A stretch of 64,000 bases of DNA from contig CM114271.1 in assembly GCA_050084515.1 (NCBI GenBank), positions 17,236,001 through 17,300,000 of the forward strand. The letters run 5' to 3'. The notes under the pieces were generated by a model. That model saw nothing but the letters and a program-made list of their open reading frames with translations, did not search any database and had not been told where the DNA came from. Both the position numbers and the translations under genes were made by a program. How positions within the stretch are numbered: the first letter of the stretch is position 1; each line of letters begins with the position of its first letter. Below, in pieces: positions 12,851-27,394 of the stretch. The stretch comes from Blasia pusilla. Lineage: Eukaryota.

Positions 12851-15800
12851 TGCATTTCTAGTACATGATATCATACATATCGTACCAATAAGAAATTCTT
12901 TATAGTTAATATAAATAATCTCTTTAAATCAAGTTGATTTTTTCTATTACTAATTTTTACAATAAAAATCATGCATATGCGTGCTAACCAAGTTCGAAAG
13001 AGGGATAATGAAATCAAATCCCACTAGTGTAAGCATTAGTTTACATTACCCCCATAATTAAATCTCACATATAATCTTAAATAGATTTGAAATGATGTTA
13101 TTGGTTGAAAATGCAAAGGATTATGTGGCATGAAAAGAGGAGAGGAGTTTGTAAAATGAAAAGGCATCGTAATAATGATATACTAGATAGCATGTTTGTG
13201 CAATCATTTTTTTGTAATTTCATAATATTTTTTATTTAAAAATTTAAGTATATTTTTCTTATTAAGTATTAGAGGAGAAATAAAATTAAACTTTAAAAAA
13301 TTAAACTCCTTGTTGAAAATTTAAATAATAATCAACTCTCGTAAATAGTTTAAAAATAAGTTTTTCGAGTGAAATAATTTTCTTTCTCCACTAAAATTCA
13401 TTTCTATTTCCAAAAATATCAAATCTGAATTAATCTTATTTATTATTATTACTTTTAATTTTCCTTAAATTTTTTTAATATAATTTCGATCTTCTTAAAT
13501 CTTCAAAGCGTAATAACAATCCACCTTTCTAAGTAATTCCGTTCTTAAATTGAAATTAAAATGAAATCCCACCCCACTTAATAATTCCACCTTTTCCATA
13601 AAATAGAAAAAACATGTATTGCTTCTTTAATGAAATTAAATTTCTTTTCCTTTCAAATGTGAATTAACGGAAAATATTTTATATTTTTTTTATTTTATTT
13701 TTTTAAATATATTCTTAGTTATTATAATATAAAATATTTTCTATATTAAATAATAAGAAAAACGTGTTAATATTTTTTTAATCTTATATTTTGATCTCCC
13801 ATCAAGTATGAATAAAAAAATAAAATTAGAATTATTTTGTAAATTTTCAATAACCCTATTATTTTATCTTATTTTATTTCTAGATCACAAATTATAATAT
13901 TAATTATTATCTTTTTAAAAGGCATACATTTTCTTCCACTTAAATTTATTTTTTATAATTATTTTCTTATTATTTTATATTTTCATTTTATTGTAGATAT
14001 GATCGCCAAATCTGTATTATCATGAAAAAACGCCTTCTTGATTTACGAACACCCTATATTTGACGAGTAACAATATCGAAATTTCACATGATATGGACAA
14101 CATCATCCTTCCATCATTCTTTTCCTTTCACGGACTACTAACTCTTCAAATAATTTTTTCATTTCATCTCACATGCACCTTATTAGTATATTCTCTCTCC
14201 TCACAAAAGGAAGTCCAAAATATGAACATGATGGCAATCTCACCAGACAAATGGATAGAAGATTAAGTGGATATGGAAGCGAAGAACTGTTACTCCATTT
14301 CTAACTTGATATACATAGTGGTATCTACGGCAAAGACTTTGCAAGGGTGTCACGATAATTCGCGTCTGCACGCGAAAGAATTACCGGTGACTCGATCGCT
14401 CCGGCGCTTCCGACCGGCCTCCCTGCCTGTCTCCAAGGGATGTGCCTGCGGTACCGGCCACGGAGTCCCGGAGGCTTCGGCACTGCGTGAAAACCGAACA
14501 CGGCATTGTGCGTCCGTGAGTGAGATAAGTTGATTTTCCCAAGCGCCGCGATCTTCGTGATGGCTTGTGCTTGTACCCATGGTTGCCACCACGAAGTTCA
14601 CGGCGATCGGAACATGGGGAGCGTCCACCTGACTCCACCATACCCTGGGATGGCCCAAGTTAATAGTCATGATCATGAGCTAGGGTTCCAATGCGCTCTT
14701 TAATTTCTTGTGGATTTCGAGCGTACGTAGTACGTACGTGCCATGGCACGAAAAGCGCGGGTATCTCTTCCGGTGATTCGATGGAGCTCTAACTTCTAAG
14801 GCCAGACAGAGACGCTCCGACAGAGACAGACCGACCAACTGACCTGCGGAGGTTCGCTTATCCCAATAACATTGAGAGTAGACCTCTCCTCTCACATTAA
14901 GTCACGTGAGTGGATGGCTTCTTCCCTCGGCTACGCTCCTGCGGCATTTCTCCTCCGTTCGACCCGTCGACTCGCTCCTCACAATTAGTTATGGAACGAG
15001 TTTCCAAGGGGCTGCCGAAGGTTCACGGTCGGATCGGATTCCTAGAAGCCATCCGCGGCCTCGGATTGCGGTCAGGACTCAGGAGTTCACAGTTTTCGAG
15101 CACTTTTCAAAATAGACGCGATTCCCGAATCCCGAATTTAACGAGATTCCCCGGTTTGGTCTTCTCTCGGCGTACATCTCCTTACGCTGCTCGAATCTCG
15201 ATTCTTCTACCGCATCCCACGGCCTTCGGAATCATACGAAACTGCGTGGTGTGGCAATCGCGAACAAGTGTTAGCAAGAGGACTGCAGCCGAGGCGCGTC
15301 GGGGACTCGACTACAAGGGAGCGGGGCTAGCCAGCTAGCACCACGTTCGTCAGATTAAGCACTGCTGAGAAGTTTTGAGAAAGTTGAGCCTACGGATAAT
15401 TACGCAGATATGTGAAATGATGATGGTGAGTGGACCGTGTACTATCATCGGCTGCGGATTTTTGTGACCTCGTGGAGGAAATTCGGTGCTCTCATTTTTG
15501 GCGCATTTTTGCGCAGGTTCTTCTGCGTCCGCCACTTGGTTTCGATCAGACAAAACTGTTAGCACCGGTACGATCCTTGAGTGAAGAGCGCGGATCATGT
15601 CGACGCCTGCAGATCACTTTCCTGCACGCGCTTTGCTTCCAGTCGCATCAATCGACCAATTCCTCGTAGCCTTACTTCCAGCCTTTACAACTATTCATCA
15701 GTACATACTCTCATGTACTCCATGTGTACAACAAAGATGCTGGCTCCGCCGCGCGAGCGAGAGAGAGAGGGCAGCAAGACCCTTGTGCAGGGTCCCACAG

Positions 15801-18800
15801 CACATGGAGCGCTACGTCATATCCACCACCACACCATCAACGGCCTCCAATTCAATGGCTGGTGCGGCCGCTCCACCCGCCCATCAGACCGTACGTAATC
15901 CACCCGTACGTATTCTGCAATGGATGCAAATTTGTCGTGGCCAGAGGTCTTAATGAGGTCACATATGATATGAGCGTCCACTAACTACAGCAGAACTTTC
16001 CGGAGTCCAGACTCCAGAGTCCAGACTACCTCTATCGATGATGGAAGGTCCGCTCCACATCACAGCATCTATTTCAGGTGCAGTCAATCAATAAAATCAG
16101 GAAATTCACTACAGCGACAAGAACTGTGCGTCAAAAGGAGGCCACCACACCCGATCTATGACAGGCTTGTCCGTGACGGAAAATCATAACCGATTCGAGC
16201 ATGAGTATGCTGTGATCCCAACATTATACTACAACGCTGCAATGTTATGCCATGAATCCAGCGGTTCGTCGATCCGGATACAAATTCATCGCTTGATGTA
16301 TTCACTAAGAATCATACGTATTCTTTCTTTGGTGACAGCAACAATTGTGGCGAAAACTCTCGAGGTTTCCTTGCAAAGTTGGAGGTCAGGATTTTTTCGA
16401 TACACGTGATGCGTATTCGTAGAGTTCAAAGACGGACAGAGTTCTGGATGTCAAGGGAAGAGAAGATTGGATTGAAACTCACCGCTTACATAGAACTGAT
16501 CGAAAATCCAAAGCTCTCGATCTACGCCTGCAAATCATTATGGCTCAAGGGAACTCATGACTCGCGTCCTTCACATTAATTCCTTCAAGACATCGAGGTG
16601 ATCTAGAAAAATGGTAATGGTGGATGATCTCTCCTGGCTCAAGGCTGGGTCCGATATTCCCGGTTATCAGGCTCGATCCGTCCACTGTTAACGTGTCTCG
16701 AGTTCAAGACAAAGAAGTCAAAGATCGACGATGGAATTCGAAACCCGGCAAGCTTCAATTTCAAGAAGGTGAGGATCGGAAGAAGACAACGGGTTCTTGT
16801 TCCAAGTGCGCGATTTCCGATCCGCAGAGAGCGTTCTCCGTGAACATCGTTAAGAAGACAGTGGCCCAAGCTCTCTTTACAATTGGTACGATTGACATGT
16901 GTACGTCCTCCATTTGTGTCAGTTGTAGATAAGTACTTCGTGGAGATGAGTGCCCGCGCCTGCGCGCAAGTGGCAGATCACTAGTCCTGAAGGAAGTCGG
17001 TGATCGCGCGCCAGTAACTGAGCTGGAATTCAGGAGGGTTCAGTGTACGTGCACTTCCTTGATAGGAGCTTGGCATTTTGGCCGGGGGACTCGGGTGAAA
17101 AGAATTTCGCTTACTGGGAATGCGCGCCATGAAGTCCAACTTTGTCGAGGAAGAAGTCTAGCGACAATCATACGTTTGGATTGGAAGCAAGCGAGGTTGG
17201 AAAAGAACTTTTGCGAGCTAGGTCCCTTAAATAAAGGGCCCGCTGAGCCTGGGCAGCAACCATCGTCGCCAATCAGTAAAAGAGGTAGAAAACTGAAGCA
17301 GATTGATGTGGGGATGTCTCCGATCATAGAAAAGTGAAAGGTAGGTTTGTACCTTTCTCGAGCGAGACGATCGCCTGCCCGCAATGGTTGGTACGAAGCA
17401 CTTGGCATCCTTTTCTCCCCGCAATTATTTCCTCCTCAATCATGGATTGTTATGGTTGTCATCTCTTCAGGAGGCGCATCCATTACGTTGGGACCACACA
17501 TCAATGACATCTTTTTCGTATGATCCATCATTGCAGTTGTAGTGGAACTGCGTTTTGGTTTCAAGACACGTAGAGTACAAACTGCCCCGTACTAGCTATC
17601 GAAGAGCTTCATTTCCTTGAAATCAGCGCCAGCGTACGTCCGTGCGTCGACGTCCTTCGTCTCCTTCAAACAAGCGAGGCCGAAAACTTTCCGACTCCCC
17701 GAACGCCATGATTCGTTTCGATGTTTGCGATCACCATCCAGCATCCCGGCCATTGCGCGGACGTGCGTCCCCTCTCCTGCGGATTCGGTGGTCACAGGTC
17801 TCATGCATTTGGATACATTTGAACGTTATCACGACATTTACATGTAAATTCAAGACTAATCTGGCGCCGACACCAAACCGAGTAATCTATCGCTGTACAT
17901 CGTGAATACATGTGGACGGTATCACCTTTCCACTCAAGACCAACTGTACTTCCAAATCTTTGACCCCACCCCGAGATAACTAGGCTGTTCCGGGGATATG
18001 GCCGTAAACGGGACATAGATTTAATGAAAGTTAGTGTGTCGTGAGCGCCTCTAATCGTGGGATGAAGTTCTTCCGAGGTCGTTAACGTTACATTGTAGGT
18101 CGGAAGGACCGGATATTGAAGATTGAGGATCGCAAGACGGACTGCATACAAACTGAGGCATGCAGCGATTCTCGCAGTGGTGGTATGGTAGTTGAAATCA
18201 AATAGTGCATATTATGTGAGCGAACACATCGTCAAATAGTAATGATTTCTCGATAGTCACGGGGCTGATCACCCTCGTTTTGTTTTGAATTTCAATAAAG
18301 TCCCTGCGCGGATCGGATCAAGCATGCATAGCATAAAACAAATGCTTGCATGACAAGTTCAGAACGTGAGTGGCGGTGACTTGAAGTGAACTTACACTGC
18401 CTCAGAATTAGAAATTGTCAACGTTCCCGTCTATGGTATCCCTGGAAGACAAATGAGTACCACTCATAGTCTTAAACACCTTGATTCTTTGTATGTAGTC
18501 GGGTGTAAAAATGGATCGCTAGAATGTTTGAAAATATGAGTCCGACCGTCATTAGCATCAAATTCGGTGGGAAAGTAGAATGAAATCGGGATGAGGAAAC
18601 AAAATAAAACGACTCGTTTCACTGTCCGTTGTCGAAGGGTAAAACCACCATGCATCTGGCATGCGGCGGAGGGAAGAGTTGCGGTTAGAGTACGGATAGC
18701 GCGGTACATATGTCGAGGTGAGCTATGAGAAAGAAAGAGGAAGAGATGAAATCATTAATGTTTGAAGACTATGAGATCATGATAGATCAGCACTCTTTTC

Positions 18801-20277
18801 CTTCCATGTGATGACATGAACGAGAATATCCGGAAGAGGAGGCGAAATAATCCTCGTAGTTTAGAAAAAGGTGATGCATGTGACGATTCCAGATAGACTT
18901 CATGGATGAGGGGATCCTCATGCGTGTATATATCGATGGGATGAACAAGTAAAAAAAACCGTGAAAGATCCGGGAATCAAGGGATCCTGCCGGATTCAAT
19001 TTAAATCCAAGGTCATGACATTCTCATGTAAGTAAAACATTACAAGGAGTTAGATTGGTCCGAAATCTCAGGGGATGACACATGTGACAAACTGTGGTCA
19101 CTGCAAAACAGTACTGGATACTTTACAACATTAGTACAATCCCAGATGAGCTTAAGAATCGAACCTGAGTGAAGCAGGCCACAGAGAGCGTGAATGAATG
19201 TGTGTCGTTACAAATGTACTCGGCCTAGCAACTGGGAGTAAGCAGAAGTCGCAGGCCAGAAAGTAAGATTTGCTACCTTCTTATGATCATCAACGTTGGA
19301 GCATTGAACTGCAATATGGCAGCCGGATCCGGATCGTAAGTTGATGTCACCTCCGCTCACTAAACTGAATTCGCAAGATTTCAGTTTCTGTGTAACGCAT
19401 AATACGCATGCTATGATACACACTCTGCGCGTATATATGCACCAATGAGGTGGTTCGTGCGGGCACGCCTGGCTTCCAGCTATCTTCCTGACCCTGGCCC
19501 CGTAATTAGCAGAGACTGCCATGTTGCCCATTAATCACAGATCGACCACCCCGCCAGTCGCTCATCATTACGAGACACAGTTCATATCAGTCTGCGGATT
19601 TCAGAGACCAAACGCTGGCCCTGCTCCTGCCTTATTGTCGGAGTCGACTCATAGTCAGGGACGGGACAGAAGCGCATCCTCATTATATATTCGACAGAAG
19701 ATAATTTACCCTAAAGCGCGCTCCACACCGACTCCGGTCCCCCCTACTTTTGTTCAACGTACACGTACACGATAGGCTTGGACTTGGAGCATCTCAGTCA
19801 GGGCAGCGCTGAGGTCTTGGGACATTCGCACACGCTTTCCGATAACCCCTACGACGTTGTCTGCTCAGCGAGAGTGCAGCGCACATCCACCTGAGATGCT
19901 GCGATCATCCCCATTCCATGGCGAGATGTCATCTGGATCTCCAAAAGACACACTCGCGATTTCACCATTCTCCAACTCCGTTCTGTGGTTTCCAACTCCT
20001 TGCCACATCTCGATTTTCATCTCGTCGAAGCAGCGAACCCGCCCTAATTTGTCACTCCCCTGCGTGCGAATGAGAAACTCACACATCCATTTCATAATTC
20101 GATTATTTCGTTACATCCATGGTTTTCTCTATTCCTTGCAATGTGTCGATCTTCCCGCGGCAGCGAACTGGCCCTATTTCATCGATCCCACCTTTGAAAA
20201 TCAAACTTAGAGGGTGCAATCCTTGAAAGGGTGCGTCTAGTATAAATCTATATAAACAAAAGGGTTCGAGTGTTGAA

Positions 20278-20640
20278 ACATTTCACTTCATGAAAAGGAG
20301 TTTAATTGAGAGGACACATAAGGGAAAGGAGGAACCCAGGTTTATTATTAAAATTTGAAGATCACCTTAGTAGGCATAAGTAAATGAACATTTATAGAGG
20401 AAGGAGTTCAATAAGAGGACACACGGGAAAGGAGGAACCCAGGTTTATTATTAAAATTTGAAGATCACCTTAGTAGACAAAAGTAAATGAACATTTCACG
20501 AGAAAACATAAATTATTGTGTTGGACACATTTCACTTTTAAGGAAAAGGAGTTCAATTGGGTGGAGAAAAGAAGGGAGGAGTAGAGGCTTATTAAAATTT
20601 GAAGATCGCCCTCTAGTAGATATAAATAAATCAACATTTT
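20278..20640. repeat. Three related ~105-115 bp direct repeat units
   Basis: GGAAAGGAGGAACCCAGGTTTATTATTAAAATTTGAAGATCACCTTAGTAG..A.AAGTAAATGAACATTT occurs twice near-identically, plus a diverged third copy from ~20527. Confidence 0.85.
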
Positions 20641-20809
20641 AAGAGAAAAAAGGAATTCTTATCTCTATGATGAGTGTAATTTATATTATTAGCTAGAGAT
20701 ATTATAATGAGTGTAAAATTTATAATATTATCATTTCATTTTGTAAACTCGTCTCCTCTTGATATTTGGTATTTTATTAAATATTTTATTTAAAATTTAA
20801 ATAAAATGG

Positions 20810-21033
20810 CACAATGGCATGTTCGGGTTGGGCCAGGCTGGCCAACCCACCATGTGCAAGCCCTATGTAGGCATAGCTGCGGGCCACAAAACCGGTGTGG
20901 GCTCGGCCAGCCCGAGTGCCCGCCACGGGCTCGGCGGGCTCCGCCGCTCTAGGGCCCAGCTGCGATGCGGGATGTCGGTACTCGGGCATGTGGCGTGGAC
21001 ATGTTTGGACTTGTCCATCTCCGTATAACCTTG
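20810..21033. mobile_element. Truncated hAT-type MITE copy
   Basis: Right end GGACTTGTCCATCTCCGTATAACCTTG matches the family terminus; GC-rich body; the left terminus is not found. Confidence 0.65.
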
Positions 21034-22641
21034 CTCTTGACACATTTCCTTTTAATTATCCAATAGAATCGCTCGTTGTCTGAGTTAATAAGATTGTTCA
21101 AGTTTCATTGTACACTTTGGATGGGTAATTCAAAATTATAAATTATTTTCAATACTAGTACTAGTTATCATAAAGAGGCCTCTAGCAAGACATCTTTAGT
21201 AGAAACTTTCTTGTATGATCACTAGTAAAAGTCCATTGGAGATTGGTTGTTGAAAGGGTAAAAGTAATGTGATCTCTTCCAACCAATACACTCACAAGAC
21301 AACACGTGACCTTATGCACAATATCGTGAATGGATATGATCATAAGGATCCTCTTTCTATATTATATATACATCTCACCCCCAATCGGCCAATTACTATA
21401 ACATACATGTCAAGAGTGGGGTGAAGATTGGCTTTTAATAAATTTAAATAATTATTGAATTTCTCATATCATTTTTTTACCTTTTATTTTTTAAAATATT
21501 TCAGTTTTTTCTGAAAAAAAATTTTATATATGATATGTTGGACCAAAAGGACATTTGAGTTCTTTGAAGAGGACCATCCATTTTTTATTCATCTAAAGAG
21601 AGTGATTTTAAACAATTACTTTAAAATTGACCTTGTGAGTCTTGATTTGTTGAAACGTTATTATTTTCTAGTTCCCTTTTCTTATTGAGGATTCCATTTT
21701 ATTTTTCTTCCCCTCTTATTGAGAAATTTTTTGAAGGGAATGAAATTTCATGAACTCCTCTCTTGTTACATTCTTAAGATTTTGTAACTTTCTTTCTCCC
21801 TTCGCTAAGTTTTCAAATTGAAAATTTTATATCTTTATCTTTCCCATTCCTTCTTCAAAATTCTCCATCCCCTTCAGTCTCCCATGCAAAATTAAGAACA
21901 AATTTCCATATAAGTAAGAAAATAGGTGTCAGACCAATGATGGGGTGTCCAATTTAGGATCAAATATTTCAGATGAAATATATGGTATGGAATTTAAGGG
22001 AAATTTTTGAGAAAATTTATGGAATATTTTGATTTGATTTTTCAACGTAGTAAAAAAAAGGTGTCATATCAAACACTTGGATGTCCAATGAAAAATTTGC
22101 AATTAAGTATGCATGAAGTTTTAAAAAAATTATCGAATATTCAGTTTATGCAAAACCTTGCATAAAATTATGAGCATTTGTATTGGAGATTCTAAAGCTC
22201 TTTAGTTTCAAGTGGTTGGTTTGAAGAACATATTCAAATCTATTAGTAAGTCTTAATTTTTAATTTAAGGGAATTTCTATTTAGTGTCCACTTAGTGGAC
22301 GGTTTATTATCTTTAGTTTATTAAAACTAAACCTTTAAGAAGATTTTCTTCTTATATTGAATATTTTATGTAATATTTCTATGTATGTCCATTAAAACAA
22401 GCTTTCATTTTGTTACTGTGAAATTAATTTATAACAAAGAATCATTGAGTCACTCAAAATGGTCAAATATTTTAGAGGTAAGTATCAATCGAGGCTACAT
22501 CGAAACACAAAAATCTTGAGATGGTCTCGAAAATGAACATGTTTGTGGACATGCTATTCTGCCCTCAACCCCCCAATGCTCACGCTCGGATTTTTTCAGG
22601 AACCCGAATCTCCCGCATATTGGCACGGCATGGGTTGCACG

Positions 22642-22852
22642 CAAGGTTGCGCACAGACAAAGTCCGTGTCCGCGGACTTATGTTTGACACTCAAGCCTTG
22701 TGCGGGCACCTAGCCCGCCCAATGGGGAGCCAAGCACACCATGCGGGCCTGGTTGCGGACCACACAATGGGTGCGAGCTTGGGTGTGGGCTCAGGTGCGG
22801 GCCAAGCATGTCTGTCGACATGTTCGGACTTGTCCGTTTCCGTGCAATCTTG
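22642..22852. mobile_element. Non-autonomous hAT-type MITE (211 bp)
   Basis: Termini CAAGGTTGCGC...GTGCAATCTTG; 8-bp flanks GTTGCACG / GTTGCAAG (7/8). Confidence 0.8.
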
Positions 22853-22909
22853 GTTGCAAGTGTGGGCCACCGCGGGGGAGGGGGGAGGGGGGGATTGTTC
22901 AAGAAGGAG

Positions 22910-23895
22910 AAAGGTTGCACACATACAAATTTTGTGTCTGCGGACTTATGTCCATTGTCCATCCCTAGGATGGACCTGCCTACGCGGGTCCCGATTCCCG
23001 CGGCCATCCTACCCGCAACGTAGACTCAAGCTTGGCCAACCTGCACCCAACAAGGTTACGTTGCACACAAATAAAGTCCATGCTTGCGAACATGTGTCTA
23101 TCCTAGGCATAGACATTTCCATGCCGACCCGAGTTCCTAGAGCCATCAATTAGTGCAACAACCCGTTTTCCATTCTTCCCACTTGTTCTGTAGCCCACAC
23201 CAAGTTTGCGGAGGCCCGCCTTGCTCAAGCCTACTACAGGCCCTATGTGGACCTAAGCCCACCCTCTTCTGGCCAAACGGGCTTGATGAGGGCCTGGTGA
23301 GCTCTCATTTCCCGTGCGCACGTTTGATCCCTATCCCCACCTGTTCTTGCGTCCCAACTCCCAAGCCCGCGTGAGCAATCAAGATATCCAAAAAACTTGA
23401 GAGGGGGACCCATTCGGCATATTTCGTGAGCATTGTTGTTTGCTTCCGTGCAACCTTGGCACCTAGTCCAGAAACTTGTCGCCCATCTTTGCCACCCATT
23501 CTATAGCCTACATTGAGCCCATGCCTTGCTCATAGAGGCTTGCCCTAAGACTTCATTGGCCCGCATAAGGCTTGCATAGGGCCCATAGCTAGGCCTTGTG
23601 CGGGCGAGGTTGTGGGCCATGTACGGGCAAAATAAAGACCCTATGCGGGCTAGTGTAGGGTTAAGACGAGTTGGTGGGGGCTCGATGAGGTCCAACCGTC
23701 TAGGCAAGGGCTCATAGCCTGCACACCCATTCGATCCCTACCCGCCTCTCTTAATCCGAGCCCGCACCCGTTCTTGCGTCCCAAGCCTGCACGAGCCATC
23801 GGGGTACGAAAGTCCTAGGGCACCCATTGGGCATGTGTGTGGACAGTGGACATATCCGTCCCATGGACAGACAAGTCCATTTCCGTGCAGGCTTG
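22910..23895. mobile_element. Non-autonomous hAT-type element containing a nested copy
   Basis: Termini AAAGGTTGCAC...GTGCAGGCTTG; perfect 8-bp TSD AGAAGGAG (22902-22909 / 23896-23903). Confidence 0.85.
23051..23458. mobile_element. Nested hAT-type MITE
   Basis: Termini CAAGGTTAC...GTGCAACCTTG; flanks GCACCCAA / GCACCTAG (6/8). Confidence 0.7.
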
Positions 23896-26542
23896 AGAAG
23901 GAGGTGGCGGGAGCGCGATAGGGGCAAGATGCTTGGCCCCCATCCCACCCAACCCATTGTGTAATCTTTCTATGTGTGTCCATTAAAAGAAGTGTTGATT
24001 TTGTTATTGTGAAAAAAAATTGTAAGAAAAAAATTCACTCAAAATAATCAAAGATTTTTGGTGTGTAGGTATAAATCAAGGTGGCACAAAAACAAACATG
24101 CCATCCCACCTCGGCACATGGGTTTCTCGGGAACCTGGGTCACCCATGCAAGGGCAAGATAGGGCGTAGGAAGGAGGCGACGGGAGTGTGAGGGACTAGA
24201 CACCACCCCCCCCCCAAAAAAAAAAAAAAAAGATCTACAAAATTTGTTATTATATTATTTGTAATTTCATGATTTCCAATTCTCTTCTTTACTTTCCTAT
24301 TCCTTGCCACATATCATCAATCGCATCAACAAACTAGCCCTAACTAGTTATTCCACAGCCCGAAATGAAAACCTTGTGACTTTCAAGCTTGCAATCCAAA
24401 TGGATCCACCTTAAATGATTGGTCAATGATGAAATGCCATCTGGAAATGCAAAAAAATATTAGCGATTTTCTCTATATTCTAATTCATCTCTTTAGTCTT
24501 TAGTTTCCCATTCCTTGTCATGTCTAAATCTTCCCATGTCATAGCAATAAATTGGCCCCAAGTAATCACTCCATCGTTGGAAATAAAATTCTTGTTACTT
24601 TAAAGCATATAATCGAACATGACTCCTAATTTGTTTCTTCAAATCGCAAAGTCCTCCTCACAAGCGCCCTAATAGTGTCCACAATGTATATTATAATGTG
24701 TATAAGCATAGCACGAAACAATGAAAAATATTTGGTAGGATTGAGGAGAAGATTAAATTACTTGTTATTGATTTTTTGCATTAAACATTAAACTAGCATG
24801 AAAAGATCTATAGAGGCATGAATGAGGTTTTATGCAAGATTCAGCACAATTTTTTTTAAATTACTAAATATTTGGGTTCTAAACAGCAACACAAATTAAG
24901 AAAAAAATAAAATAATTATTGAGTGGTTTTCAAAATAATAACCCATTAGGTTCAGAAAGAATAGAATCATGTAGTCTTATCTCATCTACCATACAAAAAT
25001 TTAAAAATAATAATTTAATTTTTGAAATAAAAAGTTGTAAAACCTTTGTAAGTAGGCTAGACCTCCCCCACATCTTATATGAATCTCGATTGCTCAGATT
25101 TAGTCCATGCATGCTATCTATAGTATTAAGGCAATATGGGTCTTTCAAAGAGGGGGGGAGATTTTCTTTTGTCTTAGATCTCTGGGATTAGAGAAGATCT
25201 TTCCTTTTTTATTAAATCCTCGTGAAAGCCTTCCTTGAGTCCAGACTCATACACAAATATTGTTAAGTACTGCCTTTCTTATGGAGCTACACTTGAAAAC
25301 TCGCAAATTATCGCCACAATAGCTGTTGGCTTCAATACTCTATGTTAAACCTACTAAAATAAGAAGAAATTAATTCAATTTAAGGAACTTTATAAAAAAT
25401 GACTCATGTCTTCATGCATACCATGATACCATTGATTACATTTAACTAATATAACCTATATATAGTTATATATATAGTTATAGTCATATCTATTCTTTCT
25501 TTGAACATGCTGCTATCGAGTCTCCTCTCATGCCACGTGTTCAGAGGATACAAGAAAAACTCATGAATTTTTATTTTTATTTTTTGGGGAAAGTGAAAAA
25601 ATATGTAGTAACTGTTTCCTTTTCAATAAGAGAAGGGGAGAGAAAGAGAGAGATTTAGAATCAAAACTATCCTTATCAAATATGGAAAAATAAAGATCAC
25701 ACACATCTATCTATAATCTTATTTATCATATTTGGTCCTCTTCTTTGTTAAGCTCTTATCTCATGCTATGTGTCAAAAGCCTTCATGAATACTTTATCAA
25801 CATTGTTTCATTTTTAGTTTGAAGAAATGAAGTTTTAGAGAGATAAAGTTTCATTTGTGATAGAGGATGGGAAACGAAATAGTTTAATTTTGAGTCTTGC
25901 TTCCCAGCTGGAGTCATGTTTTTTCACGAAGGAATTCATAAGAATTATCTTTAAAGTGTTTAGTTTAAACTTCAATAGAGGAGGAAAAGAAAGAAAAGGA
26001 TAAATTTTTATATATGATGATTTAAAAAGAAAAAAATTTTGTCACTATTTTATTTTCATTCGGGGAGAGAAAGGGATAAAGTTTCAACGAGGGAGGACTT
26101 CGTAAGGAAAAAAATTTGAAGTGCTTAATTTTCAATATAAGAGGGGAGAAGACACTAAGAATAAAGTGTCAATAAAGAAGGGAAGATGTGACACGAGAAT
26201 AGGAGGAAAAGAACTACTTTCCTTCCATCCTCTCCGGAGAATCATCTCAATTTCTCCAAAAAAATGAAGAGATAGACCCTTCACCCATACAAAGAGGAAT
26301 GGAGTCAATATACATGGGAGATACAAAGTTGGAGAAAGAAAGATATATGGACCCTCTTTAAGTCACAAGTGTGAAATGTTCTCTTTGATCCATAACATCA
26401 CACACTAATCAAGTTTGACGCTACTATCCAACAACTAAAGAACATGCAAGGCCCCAACCCTCACATGTTTAGCCTCCCATAGGAAAATTTTGACTTGTTC
26501 GCCTACTTACGATTTCCCCCTTCTCCTTCCCAAACATAGGTC

Positions 26543-26823
26543 TTCCCTCCTACCTCATTGCTCCTTTCATCATTGCCTTGCCTTCCATCATGGACTAAAA
26601 GTGTGGGTCCTACCTCTTGGAACCCATGTCCGTCCATGTCCGTCCTAAGGAATGACTTGTCCATTTTTGTGCAACCATAATAATATGGGTCCAACATCTT
26701 GATATAAGGCCTTGACATGAATATATTGCTCCATGGACATGGGTTCCAAGAGGTAGGACCCACACTTTTAGTCCATGATGGAAGGCAAGGCAATGATGAA
26801 AGGAGCAATGAGGTAGGAGGGAA
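26543..26823. repeat. Perfect 89-bp inverted repeat with 103-bp spacer
   Basis: 26543-26631 is the exact reverse complement of 26735-26823. Confidence 0.95.
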
Positions 26824-26985
26824 AAAGAAATGGGGGAGTATAGAACACGAAGGCGAGTAAGGAGATTGAGAAAGAAAGGAAAGGTGGGGCCCATACGGAC
26901 AAGTCCTTTCATAGGACGGACATAAGTCCACAGACATGGACATGTCCATATCCATGGATACGCACTTTGTCCACATGCAACCTTG
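26730..26985. mobile_element. hAT-type MITE fragment
   Basis: Ends GGACGGACATAAGTCC...CACATGCAACCTTG; body homologous to 28720-28810. Confidence 0.7.
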
Positions 26986-27362
26986 CATATTATCTAACAT
27001 CCAATGAATTCTCGCTCATACCCATGGGTATCAACCATTGGCACAATTTTCCAAAAGGGCTGCAAACAAGTCAAAATTTTCACAAATATTTTGTTTAAAA
27101 AGAAAACTAGTATAACCCCTTCAAAATGGAGAGTAAACATGAGATAATACAATGGTAAAAAAGGAAGATAATCTGTGTAAGGGACTTAATATGAAACACA
27201 ACACAATTTTTAAGTTCAAGGGTAACACAAATAGAACATTCAGTAACCATTTGGACTCGTAATGGAGGGTAATTAAATAATATCTTTACTATTATAATAT
27301 CATCTATCATAAATAATAATAAATAAATAAATAAAACTTCTCGCACTTTGCATAATAGAAAA

Positions 27363-27394
27363 CTAGTATAATACATGTGCTATGCATAGCACCC
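27363..27394 (-). mobile_element. Candidate Helitron 3' terminus
   Basis: On the minus strand, the palindrome GTGCTATGCATAGCAC is followed ~10 nt later by CTAG|T, the canonical Helitron 3' end arrangement. Confidence 0.55.
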
